Virus record (IMG/VR): IMGVR_UViG_3300021963_000599
Location: 1-25,391 of that record
Reading direction: 5' to 3' (one strand)
Origin: a virus
Taxonomy: Duplodnaviria > Caudoviricetes
DNA length: 25,391 nucleotides
A program made the translations under genes and the position numbers. How positions within the stretch are numbered: position 1 is the stretch's first letter; the number at the start of each line of letters is the position of its first letter. Below the pieces are notes generated by a model. That model was not told the origin of the DNA. It saw only the letters and a list, made by a program, of their open reading frames with translations, and made no database searches. Positions 1 through 8,006 of this stretch are shown here, one piece after another.

Positions 1-84
1 GAATTGACGAACACGGCTAGCAGTTTCGGCAACGCCGGAGACTACGTGGGCGAGATCGCAGTTTCCAATTTGTCATTCAGCTAA
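1..84 (+). CDS. gp23: C-terminal end of T4 gp23-like major capsid protein (partial)
   Basis: Frame 1 reads ELTNTASSFGNAGDYVGEIAVSNLSFS*, resembling the C-terminus I recall for gp23-like capsid proteins of large freshwater phages. It is followed by a strong UUCG terminator. Only 27 codons are visible. Confidence 0.7.
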   Translation, partial: ELTNTASSFGNAGDYVGEIAVSNLSFS

Positions 85-108
85 TCCATTTAGTTGTTTT
101 TCAATATC

Positions 109-134
109 AAAAAACCTGCTTCGGCAGGTTTTTT
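109..134 (+). terminator. Rho-independent terminator (possibly bidirectional)
   Basis: AAAAAACCTGC-TTCG-GCAGGTTTTTT: perfect stem, C(UUCG)G tetraloop typical of T4-like terminators, A and T tracts on either side. Confidence 0.92.
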
Positions 135-172
135 GTTGACTCAAATAGATTGCGTAATGCGTGTGATTATGT

Positions 173-180
173 TATAAATA
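173..180 (+). promoter_or_regulatory. T4-type late promoter TATAAATA
   Basis: Exact T4 gp55 consensus, 4 nt upstream of ATG 185. Confidence 0.75.
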
Positions 181-184
181 CATT

Positions 185-988
185 ATGAAATATCACATCA
201 TCTATAAAACTACTCATAAAAACGGCAAGTATTATGTTGGCCGTCACAGTACCGAAAACCTAAACGACGGTTACATTGGTTCTGGTTACTGGCCTGCGAG
301 TATTAAAGATAGAACATCAGTAACCAGAGAGATATTAGAATTTGCTGATAACGAAAAGCATCTGAAACAACTCGAAGGTGAATACTTAGCAGAGCACTTT
401 GGTAAACCAAACTGTATGAACGGAACGTCTGATCCGATTGGATTTGATAGCGAAAATAACCCAATGAAGAATCCAGAAGTAGCTGCTAAAATAAGTGGCG
501 AAAATCATTATATGCGTAAAGATCCTGCTGCCAGGGAAAATAGTAGAATTAGACAAAAAACCAGAGTAGAACAAGGTATACACAATTTACAAGGCGATCG
601 TAATCCAAACAAAGACGGACAAAATGCTAAAGTAGCAATGGAACGTGGTACACACATAAATCTGACAAACAATCCCAGCAAGTGGCGTAGCGAACAAGGT
701 ATCCATCACTGGCAAAATGGTAATAGTCCTAACAAAGACGGAAAAGTAAATGCTAAAAGAATTGCTAACGGTACACATAACTTAGTAGGTCCAGAGCACA
801 ATAAACGCATGATTGCCGAAGGAAAAAATCCCTGGGTCGGCCCAGACGCTAATCGTAAACGCTTAGAAGCCGGCACACATCCGTCACAGCAAAAGAAAAT
901 ATGCGAGCATTGCGGCAAAGAATCGAGTATTGCAATGTACAAGCGTTGGCATGGTGCCAACTGCAAATCCTTAAAGGAAACAAAATGA
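185..988 (+). CDS. Free-standing Seg-like GIY-YIG homing endonuclease with repeated DNA-binding motifs and C-terminal Zn finger
   Basis: N-terminal HIIYKTT...KYYVGRHST...GYIGSG (GIY-YIG/Seg pattern); repeated GxHx/GxNP units; C-terminal CEHC...RWHGANC. Confidence 0.8.
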   Translation: MKYHIIYKTTHKNGKYYVGRHSTENLNDGYIGSGYWPASIKDRTSVTREILEFADNEKHLKQLEGEYLAEHFGKPNCMNGTSDPIGFDSENNPMKNPEVAAKISGENHYMRKDPAARENSRIRQKTRVEQGIHNLQGDRNPNKDGQNAKVAMERGTHINLTNNPSKWRSEQGIHHWQNGNSPNKDGKVNAKRIANGTHNLVGPEHNKRMIAEGKNPWVGPDANRKRLEAGTHPSQQKKICEHCGKESSIAMYKRWHGANCKSLKETK

Positions 989-1233
989 AAGAAACAGATG
1001 TTGTAGAAGTATTGCCCGATGGTACTGTGTATCATTTTGATATTGACGTATGCAATAAAGCAGCCGACCAAGCATTGGAACAACTATACGAAAAAGAAAA
1101 CAACGAAATAGGGTTCGATTATACAGCAACCGTGTTTAGTTTGTTTATAAGTGCTATACAAATCTTGTCTGAGTCTGGTTGGACAGCCGAAGAATTGCAT
1201 CGCGAGGTAGAGGATCATTCTAGTAACAGCTAA
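985..1233 (+). CDS. Hypothetical acidic protein (82 aa)
   Basis: Start moved from 901 to ATG 985: AAGGA Shine-Dalgarno and ATGA overlap with the endonuclease stop. Confidence 0.7.
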   Translation: MKETDVVEVLPDGTVYHFDIDVCNKAADQALEQLYEKENNEIGFDYTATVFSLFISAIQILSESGWTAEELHREVEDHSSNS

Positions 1234-1236
1234 ATA
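1231..1236 (+). promoter_or_regulatory. Late promoter core TAAATA overlapping upstream stop codon
   Basis: TAAATA about 25 nt before ATG 1262, with an AAGGA SD in between. Confidence 0.5.
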
Positions 1237-1261
1237 AAACAACGAACCAAGGATTTCCCCA

Positions 1262-2677
1262 ATGACGATCAAACCTGTGCTAGTACCCGACCAAGACGCA
1301 AAAACTCTACGAGCACTATTAGAAACGTTCGACGCTGCTGCTGCGGGCACAGCTAAAAAACAGTTAAATGAAATGGATTATGGTGGTGGACGTAGCCCAC
1401 ATGGCGGACATGGATTGCCACGCGACGATGACGATGCCGATGCTGGTAAAAAAGAGATCATGGTCAAACCAGAAACGGCAAAAAAAGCAACTAAAAATGC
1501 TAGCGATGCACTGAATAAAGCGTTCGATGCTTCATACGATAAGAAAGGTGTAGAGGAAGGCTTGTTTGGCGATAAGGCCGGCCGAGAAATAAATCACGCT
1601 GCTATCGGCAAACTCAGCGACGAAGAATTGCAGAAAGCATACAAGTTTAGCGACTCGTTTAACATTGATCCAGAACACGCTGCAACAGCCAAAGCCTTAC
1701 GTGCTGAAATTAAAAAACGTAAAGAGCAAGGTGTGGCGGAAGCTGCCCCTAAAATCACAGGCCACGCAGACTATACTGGTAAAGATTTAGTCAAAGATGC
1801 CAACCGATTGTTTACAGCAGGTGGATTTAAGTTGGCCGACAAACAAGTAGAACCCCGATCGGATGACCCAAAGAAAATCAACACAATTTACTTCTGGCGT
1901 AAAAAGATTCCGGGCCTGGGTGTTCAAGAACTAATGATTGAGGTCTACAACTATGCACCTCACAAAACATATTATGCTGTAAATGATCTCAGCAAAGACG
2001 GAGCCCGAGTGACTCCCGACCTGGCACAAAAGATGTGGCGTGAGATGGAATTTCAAATCAAAGACATGTCTTCACAGCGGGGTCTGGAGGAAGGTGGCGG
2101 CATGAGTCGTGCTGCCAAAGGTTATGAAAAGTACGGTAAGGCGGGTATGCAGGCTTTGGCTCAGGCAGGTCGCGAAGGCCGAGCGTTAGACCCCATCCGA
2201 GCCAAGTACGACCGGTATGACGAAGGTGCCGAATCAGAAAATCTTGCCATTGGTGAAAAAATGGCACGCGACGGTATTGAATATGATCCAGCCCGGGAAG
2301 GTGAAATAATTTCCATGATAGGCGATTATCTCAGACGCGACGGAATGACCACCCGACAAGTTCGTGGTTACATGATCGACCCAGATTTTATAAGTGATCA
2401 GTTGAGCTACTTGCCAAGAAAGTCTGGTGTTGCAGAAGCAGATGTGCCCTACAATGATCCCAACTTGGCCAAGGCCTACCGCTTGGGCAACGAAGCATAC
2501 AAGGCATTAAAGAACGACCCTGCTCGTGCTCAAGCAGCACAGGACAAGATTGAAGCAGAATTTCCGCAGTATGCTCGCATGTGGTTGACAGGTTATCGCG
2601 ATGGTGAACGCTTTGATCAAGAAAAATCTCTAAAAGAAAGTCAAGATCCCTTAGAAGATCTCCGACGTCTGTTATAA
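1262..2677 (+). CDS. Modular charged protein, probable internal head protein processed by the prohead protease
   Basis: 471 aa; unrelated segments separated by KGVEEG, QGVAEA, RGLEEG, SGVAEA plus LNE/LKE motifs; lies near the capsid gene. Confidence 0.6.
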   Translation: MTIKPVLVPDQDAKTLRALLETFDAAAAGTAKKQLNEMDYGGGRSPHGGHGLPRDDDDADAGKKEIMVKPETAKKATKNASDALNKAFDASYDKKGVEEGLFGDKAGREINHAAIGKLSDEELQKAYKFSDSFNIDPEHAATAKALRAEIKKRKEQGVAEAAPKITGHADYTGKDLVKDANRLFTAGGFKLADKQVEPRSDDPKKINTIYFWRKKIPGLGVQELMIEVYNYAPHKTYYAVNDLSKDGARVTPDLAQKMWREMEFQIKDMSSQRGLEEGGGMSRAAKGYEKYGKAGMQALAQAGREGRALDPIRAKYDRYDEGAESENLAIGEKMARDGIEYDPAREGEIISMIGDYLRRDGMTTRQVRGYMIDPDFISDQLSYLPRKSGVAEADVPYNDPNLAKAYRLGNEAYKALKNDPARAQAAQDKIEAEFPQYARMWLTGYRDGERFDQEKSLKESQDPLEDLRRLL

Positions 2678-2682
2678 TATAT

Positions 2683-2704
2683 AAAGCCCCGTCAGGGGCT
2701 TTTT
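2683..2704 (+). terminator. Rho-independent terminator
   Basis: AAAGCCCC-GTCA-GGGGCTTTTT just after stop 2677. Confidence 0.9.
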
Positions 2705-2710
2705 GTTCTC

Positions 2711-2718
2711 TATAAATA
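2711..2718 (+). promoter_or_regulatory. T4-type late promoter TATAAATA
   Basis: Exact consensus between the terminator and ATG 2723. Confidence 0.78.
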
Positions 2719-2722
2719 AAGC

Positions 2723-3328
2723 ATGCCCACATTTGTCACACCCTATTCTGGTTCTGCAGAACTCACAGCATCAAACGGATTAACTGTTGTTACACCTGGC
2801 CTATGGACCTTTAGTCGCCAAGGCTACAATGATGGCGCCACTTTTGGACTCAGCCTGGGTCATCCTCAGCCCTTGAGCGGCGAACTTCTGCATCTACGGG
2901 CCCAAGCATGGCCTATTGCTGTGATTGGCAACGAACTAACCAGCTATACTGATCCTCAAACCAGCATCACTTACGGCCCTGAGCTGTGTAGGATTGTGAT
3001 CACTGGTGCTTGGTTGGTTGTGCGCCAACAAAATTCTAACAGCTACAACAGTTTCAACATCACATATTCTGCCACCACTGTAACAGACTTGGGTGATCGT
3101 GAGATGGCACCCTATCTTTTAAACTATGCAAGCCCGCAGGCCACTTATGTGATACAAGGGTCAGGTGTAGCAGGTGGTGCACAAGATACGTTTACCAATC
3201 ATGTGTGGGAATTTCGTGCCACCGAATCAGCTGCCAGTACCAACAGCAACCGAGAATTCCAAAGTAATACCACTACCAGACCAGCTTGGGTCTATACCTA
3301 TTCGAAGAGTTGGCAAACTGCTGCCTAG
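2723..3328 (+). CDS. Hypothetical protein (201 aa, beta-rich, possibly virion-associated)
   Basis: Long ORF with its own late promoter; no recognised motif; its stop overlaps the convergent gene's stop (CTAG). Confidence 0.7.
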   Translation: MPTFVTPYSGSAELTASNGLTVVTPGLWTFSRQGYNDGATFGLSLGHPQPLSGELLHLRAQAWPIAVIGNELTSYTDPQTSITYGPELCRIVITGAWLVVRQQNSNSYNSFNITYSATTVTDLGDREMAPYLLNYASPQATYVIQGSGVAGGAQDTFTNHVWEFRATESAASTNSNREFQSNTTTRPAWVYTYSKSWQTAA

Positions 3329-4458
3329 ATTTTAAAAAGATTTAGGTGCCGGGAAATTTGAGTCACAACAGGTCCCCAGTTGCCCATTGTGGGTTGGCGA
3401 AATAATCTCACAGTGGGATACCAAGGGCTATCAGCACGATTAAGTAACCAACGCCAATCCTGTCCGTATTGATTCAACATGATCCACGTGGTGCGGCCTA
3501 ACGCACCGGCCAAATGACTCACAGCAGTATCAACACCGACAACCACATCCATGCATGTTATTAGCGCAGCTGAATCTGCCATGCAGGTGATAGTGCCAGG
3601 ATATGTAGTACAGCCCAAATCAGTTAGTATTTTGGATTCCTTGTCGCTGGCATCGATCTGTAGATTTATCCATTCGCATTCGGGGTTGTATTTTATCAAC
3701 TCGACTATTTGACTAAACGGAACTGATTTGTGTTGATGTATCCAAGTATCTTTTCTACCTGACCAACTAAATCCCACGCGAAGTTTTTTCTTGGTACCCA
3801 GTCGCTGTTGCCATTGCCTTACAAGAGCTTGATCAGGAGATAGATAGCTCAGCGGGCTAGATAAATTTTCTAAAGTGATTCCCAGGATTCCTGGAATACT
3901 CATGATAGTAATCCAGTAATCGTACGGCGGTAAAGGATCGTTGTAGGCTATTGTGCTTGGACCAAACAAACCAATCATAGCAGGATCAACTACCATCACA
4001 ACCGTGGCTCCTAGTTGCTGCAAATTGAGAACAAATCTTGCAAATTGAATAGTGTCTCCTAATCCCTGTTCTCCGATGACCAAGATTGTTTTGCCTGAGA
4101 GATCTTGGCCCGACCATCTGGGCTGCGGCAACTGTGGTAATGTACCTTTGAGATGGGCAAATGTCCACCGATCTTCGTAGGCGGGCCAACCCTGTTGATA
4201 GTTGCCTTGCAACAGTAAACACACTGCTAGGTTGAAACGTGCTGTTTCGTTTGCGGGATCTAACCGTATGGCATGTTCTAAAAATGGTTGAGCACGATCT
4301 GGAAATCCCATTTCTCTCATGACATTGCCATAGTTGTTGAATGCACTAGTGGATGTATAATCCTGTACAAATGCCTGAGCATAACAGGCCAGGGCCAAGT
4401 CGGGTTGATGACGTTCTCTATGAGTGTTGCCTTGTGCTATTAACAGTTCTGTTTCCAT
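3325..4458 (-). CDS. TPR-repeat protein fused to GT9-like (heptosyltransferase-type) glycosyltransferase
   Basis: N-terminal TPRs (AFNNYGNVMREMG...A...EHAIRLDP...ARFNLA); GEQGLGDTIQFARF; DVVVGVDTAVSHLAGALG; DWRWLLNRADSPWYPTVRLFRQ. Start set at ATG 4458, 5 nt after TAAATA. Confidence 0.88.
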   Translation of the reverse strand: METELLIAQGNTHRERHQPDLALACYAQAFVQDYTSTSAFNNYGNVMREMGFPDRAQPFLEHAIRLDPANETARFNLAVCLLLQGNYQQGWPAYEDRWTFAHLKGTLPQLPQPRWSGQDLSGKTILVIGEQGLGDTIQFARFVLNLQQLGATVVMVVDPAMIGLFGPSTIAYNDPLPPYDYWITIMSIPGILGITLENLSSPLSYLSPDQALVRQWQQRLGTKKKLRVGFSWSGRKDTWIHQHKSVPFSQIVELIKYNPECEWINLQIDASDKESKILTDLGCTTYPGTITCMADSAALITCMDVVVGVDTAVSHLAGALGRTTWIMLNQYGQDWRWLLNRADSPWYPTVRLFRQPTMGNWGPVVTQISRHLNLFKI

Positions 4459-4463
4459 GCAGA

Positions 4464-4469
4464 TATTTA
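4464..4469 (-). promoter_or_regulatory. Late promoter core TAAATA for the TPR-GT9 gene
   Basis: TATTTA on the + strand, 5 nt before ATG 4458; divergent from the promoter at 4497. Confidence 0.6.
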
Positions 4470-4496
4470 CTGCGTACATGTGATATCAAATTATTT

Positions 4497-4504
4497 TATA
4501 AATA
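4497..4504 (+). promoter_or_regulatory. T4-type late promoter TATAAATA
   Basis: Exact consensus in the intergenic region upstream of the structured leader and gene 4588. Confidence 0.75.
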
Positions 4505-4512
4505 AATCATAC

Positions 4513-4566
4513 GACGCACGGGTTGCGTTTTATGCGGTATCCCACCGCGTAGGCCTAGAACGCCTA
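4513..4566 (+). ncRNA. Putative structured 5' leader (three adjacent hairpins)
   Basis: GACGCA/TGCGTT, TATGCGGT/ACCGCGTA and TAGGC/GCCTA stems between the promoter and the AAAGGA SD. Confidence 0.5.
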
Positions 4567-4587
4567 ACTTTTAAAGGAAAAGAAAAA

Positions 4588-5190
4588 ATGGGTCGTCCAC
4601 TAAAAATCAAAAAATCCACAACCACTGACATTGGTTTCAACGCTTGGAATCAGTTGACCAATCCAGTTTACCCTGCCACATTCAACGCTGACCAGTACGC
4701 TGGTGTAGTTGGTGGTGTTGGCAACGGCGGCGGTGTTGCTACAGCAGCTTATCCTGTTGTCAAGTGCAGAGTTTTCATTGCAGGACAAAGCGAAGAAGAC
4801 GGTTTTATTATCCGTCAAAAAGGCACAAGAAAGTACCTAGTTGAAGGTGCCAGCTCGGGCGAGCAAGGTGTTTGCGTACTAGCTAACGAAGCACAAGGCG
4901 CACTAACAGAAGGCAACATGAACATCAGTTTTGCATTAGATGCTGACAGTTCAGAAGTGTTGATCAGCAAGTTGACCAACAAATACGCTTATGATTTTAC
5001 AGGCGGTGAAGTTGGTGGGGCTGCTCCAGGCGGATTTGCCCAAGATCTTGTACAACAAAACGTGCGTTATGCAGCTGACTTCTTCACAGACGAAGGCACT
5101 GCAATCAAGTCGGGTACCACAGGTCAGCAAAACACTGCTACACAGCAGAACTTGTTGAACTTTGTAATTGTAGAAAATTACACAAGCTAA
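4588..5190 (+). CDS. Hypothetical, probably structural, protein (200 aa, MGRPLKIKK...)
   Basis: Start reassigned to ATG 4588 (AAAGGA SD; the upstream extension covers promoter and leader); followed by a terminator. Confidence 0.8.
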   Translation: MGRPLKIKKSTTTDIGFNAWNQLTNPVYPATFNADQYAGVVGGVGNGGGVATAAYPVVKCRVFIAGQSEEDGFIIRQKGTRKYLVEGASSGEQGVCVLANEAQGALTEGNMNISFALDADSSEVLISKLTNKYAYDFTGGEVGGAAPGGFAQDLVQQNVRYAADFFTDEGTAIKSGTTGQQNTATQQNLLNFVIVENYTS

Positions 5191-5204
5191 TTTTATACTA
5201 CCTC

Positions 5205-5237
5205 AATCCTCTCAGCTACATACTGGGAGGATTTTTT
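5205..5237 (+). terminator. Terminator hairpin that also sequesters the next gene's SD
   Basis: AATCCTCTCAG-CTACATA-CTGGGAGGATT then T-tract; GGAGG is in the 3' arm, ATG at 5238. Confidence 0.75.
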
Positions 5238-5822
5238 ATGGCCGCTTTTGTACTAGGTAATGGTGTTAGCCGCAGCAGCATTGATGTTGATCAACTGCTG
5301 ACATTGGGCATGGTCTACGGGTGCAATGGCCTGTATCGTACACACACACCCACAGTTTTGGTATCAACTGATCGTCCCATCAGCACTGTAATACAGGAAT
5401 CTGGGTATAGTAACAAAAACAGATTTTACACACGCAGACCTGCACCGGGATCGGGTGCTCAAATGGTGCCGCAAAAATATCGCGGTTTTAGTTCAGGTCC
5501 CATTGCTGTCAGCATTGCTTGTGAAGACCTAAATCGCAGGATTTATCTCTTGGGATTTGATATGGGTCCAACCGTGGTGGGAAAGTTCAATAATGTCTAT
5601 GCTGGAACTGAGTTTTACAAGCCTGCAGATGCCAATCCCACGTTTACTGGCAACTGGATTAGGCAATTATCTCAAGTAATTCGTGACTTTCCTGGGGTGG
5701 AATTTATACGTGTGTCTGGTGATACCACTGCTGATATCTCGGACTTCAACGGGCTAACAAATTTACAAAGTCTGCCGATTGCGGACTTTGTAGCTCGAAT
5801 AAATACAACAAAGGATCTATAG
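5238..5822 (+). CDS. Maf/DUF115/sialyltransferase-fold-like protein (putative glycosyltransferase)
   Basis: AFVLGNGVSR...VYGCNGLYR...LVSTD...SSGPIA...IYLLGFDM matches the GNGPS...N...D...SG...IYLxGxD pattern of GT29/GT42/MptE-like proteins. Confidence 0.6.
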   Translation: MAAFVLGNGVSRSSIDVDQLLTLGMVYGCNGLYRTHTPTVLVSTDRPISTVIQESGYSNKNRFYTRRPAPGSGAQMVPQKYRGFSSGPIAVSIACEDLNRRIYLLGFDMGPTVVGKFNNVYAGTEFYKPADANPTFTGNWIRQLSQVIRDFPGVEFIRVSGDTTADISDFNGLTNLQSLPIADFVARINTTKDL

Positions 5823-5826
5823 ACAT

Positions 5827-6444
5827 ATGGCTACCCACAAACGAATAGATGGTACCTACTACATCAACACTGTCAACGGTATAGACAACGTTGAAATTAC
5901 CACACATACTGTAAAAGTATTTGGTAACTTGGATGTACAAGGTAACATTACCTATATTGATACAACGGAACTGGACATCACAGATCCTTTTATCACGTTG
6001 GCTGCCAACAACACCGGCCTTTATTCAAACGTGGGAATTCTGGCACAAAAGGCATCAAGCCCCAATACCTACGCTAGTCTGCGTTGGAATACCAATAGTG
6101 GAACCTGGCAAATCAGTACAGATAATGCGACGTTTTTAGATATTGCAGCAGGCAATACCACAACGCCGCCGGGTGGTGCCAACAAAGACATACAGTTTAA
6201 CAGTGTAGGTGCTTTTGGCGGCAATGTCAACTATACATTTGATGTGGCCAATGTCCGAGTTACCTTGCAAGGACATCAGGTATTTGGCAATATTGTTACG
6301 GCTCCCACTGCTGTAGCCAACTCGGTAGCTGTGTATCACAACGCAGAAGGCACAGGTGGTACTGGTCTTTATGTCAAGAGTCCCAGTGTCCAAGATGAAT
6401 TAGTCAGCAAGAGCAAAGCTATTGTGTTTGCTATTATATTTTAA
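5827..6444 (+). CDS. Short fibre-like virion protein with hydrophobic C-terminal tail
   Basis: GNLDVQGNITYIDTTELDITDPFITL module shared with genes 8007 and 13902; GGANKDIQFN motif; ends KAIVFAIIF. Confidence 0.7.
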   Translation: MATHKRIDGTYYINTVNGIDNVEITTHTVKVFGNLDVQGNITYIDTTELDITDPFITLAANNTGLYSNVGILAQKASSPNTYASLRWNTNSGTWQISTDNATFLDIAAGNTTTPPGGANKDIQFNSVGAFGGNVNYTFDVANVRVTLQGHQVFGNIVTAPTAVANSVAVYHNAEGTGGTGLYVKSPSVQDELVSKSKAIVFAIIF

Positions 6445-6453
6445 GGAATAAAA

Positions 6454-6768
6454 ATGTCAATTTTCGTAGGTAACGTAACTACCGCAGCATCAAATGTTTA
6501 TGTCAGCTCTGGACAAACTGCAATCACTTTTATGAGTTTGTGTAACTATACTGCCGGTAATGTCACAGCAAACGTGTATGTTGTGCCCAGCGGTGGCAGT
6601 GCTGGCAACGCCAACATTGTGTTGGCCAGCATCGAACTCACAGCTTTAGACACATACCAACTGTATGCCGGTGGAGAAAAACTCTTGTTGGGGGTGGGAG
6701 ATACAGTACAAGTTAATGCCAACGCCAACAATTCCATAACCACAGTGGTCAGCTACACTTCGATCTAA
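6454..6768 (+). CDS. Small beta-sandwich virion protein (fibre adaptor-like)
   Basis: 104 aa, AAGGA SD; residue pattern resembles the 108-aa protein at 15909. Confidence 0.7.
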   Translation: MSIFVGNVTTAASNVYVSSGQTAITFMSLCNYTAGNVTANVYVVPSGGSAGNANIVLASIELTALDTYQLYAGGEKLLLGVGDTVQVNANANNSITTVVSYTSI

Positions 6769-7166
6769 TGGGCTACTACGTAAAAAATCGTACGATACCT
6801 TCGGGCAGTTCTGGTGTGCGCTTGCCAACTGGAACGTCAGCCAACCGACCTGCTAACCCAGCGTTTGGACTCATGAGATTCAATACCGAAACAGGATTCA
6901 TTGAATATTTTAACGGAGTACAATTTATCAGCGTCAGTGCTGGCGGCAATGTAGTTTATGATGTGGATTCGTTCACAGGAGATGGTTCAACCACAGTTTT
7001 TACCATGAGCGAACAAGAATCCACTGCTAGCCAAATTATTGTTTTTGTGGGATCAATTTATCAAGACTCTACCTCTGCTTACACAGTGGACGGTAGCTTT
7101 GACATTACTTTTACATCGCCACCACCTGCTGGGGAACCTATATCTGTAATACACAGCTCGGTTTGA
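6768..7166 (+). CDS. Virion structural protein (PxGxxxxRP/RFNT module plus GDGST Ig-like module)
   Basis: LPTGTSANRP...GLMRFNT...EYFNG followed by FTGDGSTTVFTM...ITFTSPP; TAATG-coupled to the previous gene. Confidence 0.75.
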   Translation: MGYYVKNRTIPSGSSGVRLPTGTSANRPANPAFGLMRFNTETGFIEYFNGVQFISVSAGGNVVYDVDSFTGDGSTTVFTMSEQESTASQIIVFVGSIYQDSTSAYTVDGSFDITFTSPPPAGEPISVIHSSV

Positions 7167-7171
7167 CGCCA

Positions 7172-7177
7172 TAAATA
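7172..7177 (+). promoter_or_regulatory. Late promoter core TAAATA
   Basis: CATAAATA in the intergenic gap before the AAGGA SD and ATG 7196. Confidence 0.6.
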
Positions 7178-7195
7178 TCTCAGTAAGGATACCCC

Positions 7196-7933
7196 ATGGC
7201 AATCAACCGAATTTCCGGCAACATACTACAAGATAATCTACAGCGAGGTGCTGACCTCAGCATACAAGGCAACCTTATCTATTTTGATGTCATCAACAAT
7301 CGCGTGGGCATCAAGACCAGTGTTCCGTCTGATGATTTTGAAGTTGATGGAATTTTTCGCATTGGTAATGTGGTCATTACTGCAGGAGGAAACATTGATG
7401 CAGGAAATGTCAATATTAACAACCTGTCTGAACCTGTAGCCAATTCTGATGCTGCTACAAAATTTTATGCAGACGCAATAGCAGCAAACAGCAACATTGG
7501 CAACTTTACTTTTAGCAATACCACAATATCTACGTCAGTTACCCCCGGAAACATTACTTTGTTTCCCACTGCCAACAGCACAGTGATCATAGATACTGTA
7601 AGTGGATTAGTTATACCGGTAGGAAACTCAGCACAAAGACCTAGCCCAGCTGCAACAGGCACCATTAGATACAATACAGAATCTGAAAGAATAGAAGTTT
7701 ATGATGGTACCGAATGGGATTTAGTGGCCAGCGATATCAGTTCGCAGTTGATTACTCCCGACGGATCCAGCTTGAATTATGCGCTAGATAGAAGTACCAC
7801 ATCTTCTGCAATATTGGTAATCACTAACGGTGTGGTACAAACACCTACATTGGCTTACAGTGTGGCTGGTAATGTGTTGACTTTCGTAGAAGCACCCTTG
7901 ACAACAGATACTGTTGACATAAGATTTCTTTAA
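7196..7933 (+). CDS. Virion structural/fibre-associated protein
   Basis: DAATKFY, IPVGNSAQRP...GTIRYNT...YDG and DGSSLNY...NGVVQTP...LTFVEAP modules shared with neighbouring genes. Confidence 0.75.
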   Translation: MAINRISGNILQDNLQRGADLSIQGNLIYFDVINNRVGIKTSVPSDDFEVDGIFRIGNVVITAGGNIDAGNVNINNLSEPVANSDAATKFYADAIAANSNIGNFTFSNTTISTSVTPGNITLFPTANSTVIIDTVSGLVIPVGNSAQRPSPAATGTIRYNTESERIEVYDGTEWDLVASDISSQLITPDGSSLNYALDRSTTSSAILVITNGVVQTPTLAYSVAGNVLTFVEAPLTTDTVDIRFL

Positions 7934-7969
7934 ATTAAAACCCTGCTGATGTAATATTCTGTCTTTTGG

Positions 7970-7975
7970 TAAATA
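7970..7975 (+). promoter_or_regulatory. Late promoter core TAAATA
   Basis: Intergenic, upstream of the GGAG SD and ATG 8007. Confidence 0.55.
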
Positions 7976-8006
7976 ACTCCATAGCCCCCTGGCAATGGAG
8001 ACCTAA

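Noticed and set aside
901-984. Upstream start of the 110-aa ORF
   Set aside because: Overlaps the endonuclease Zn-finger codons; the SD and ATGA coupling support 985.
386-2732. Short minus-strand ORFs opposite the endonuclease and the 471-aa gene
   Set aside because: They overlap better-supported plus-strand genes and show no recognisable motifs.
4513-4566. tRNA or tRNA-like element
   Set aside because: No closing acceptor stem, no TTCGA T-loop, no CCA; kept only as a structured leader.
4480-4587. N-terminal extension of the 236-aa ORF
   Set aside because: It spans the promoter and structured leader; the SD supports ATG 4588.
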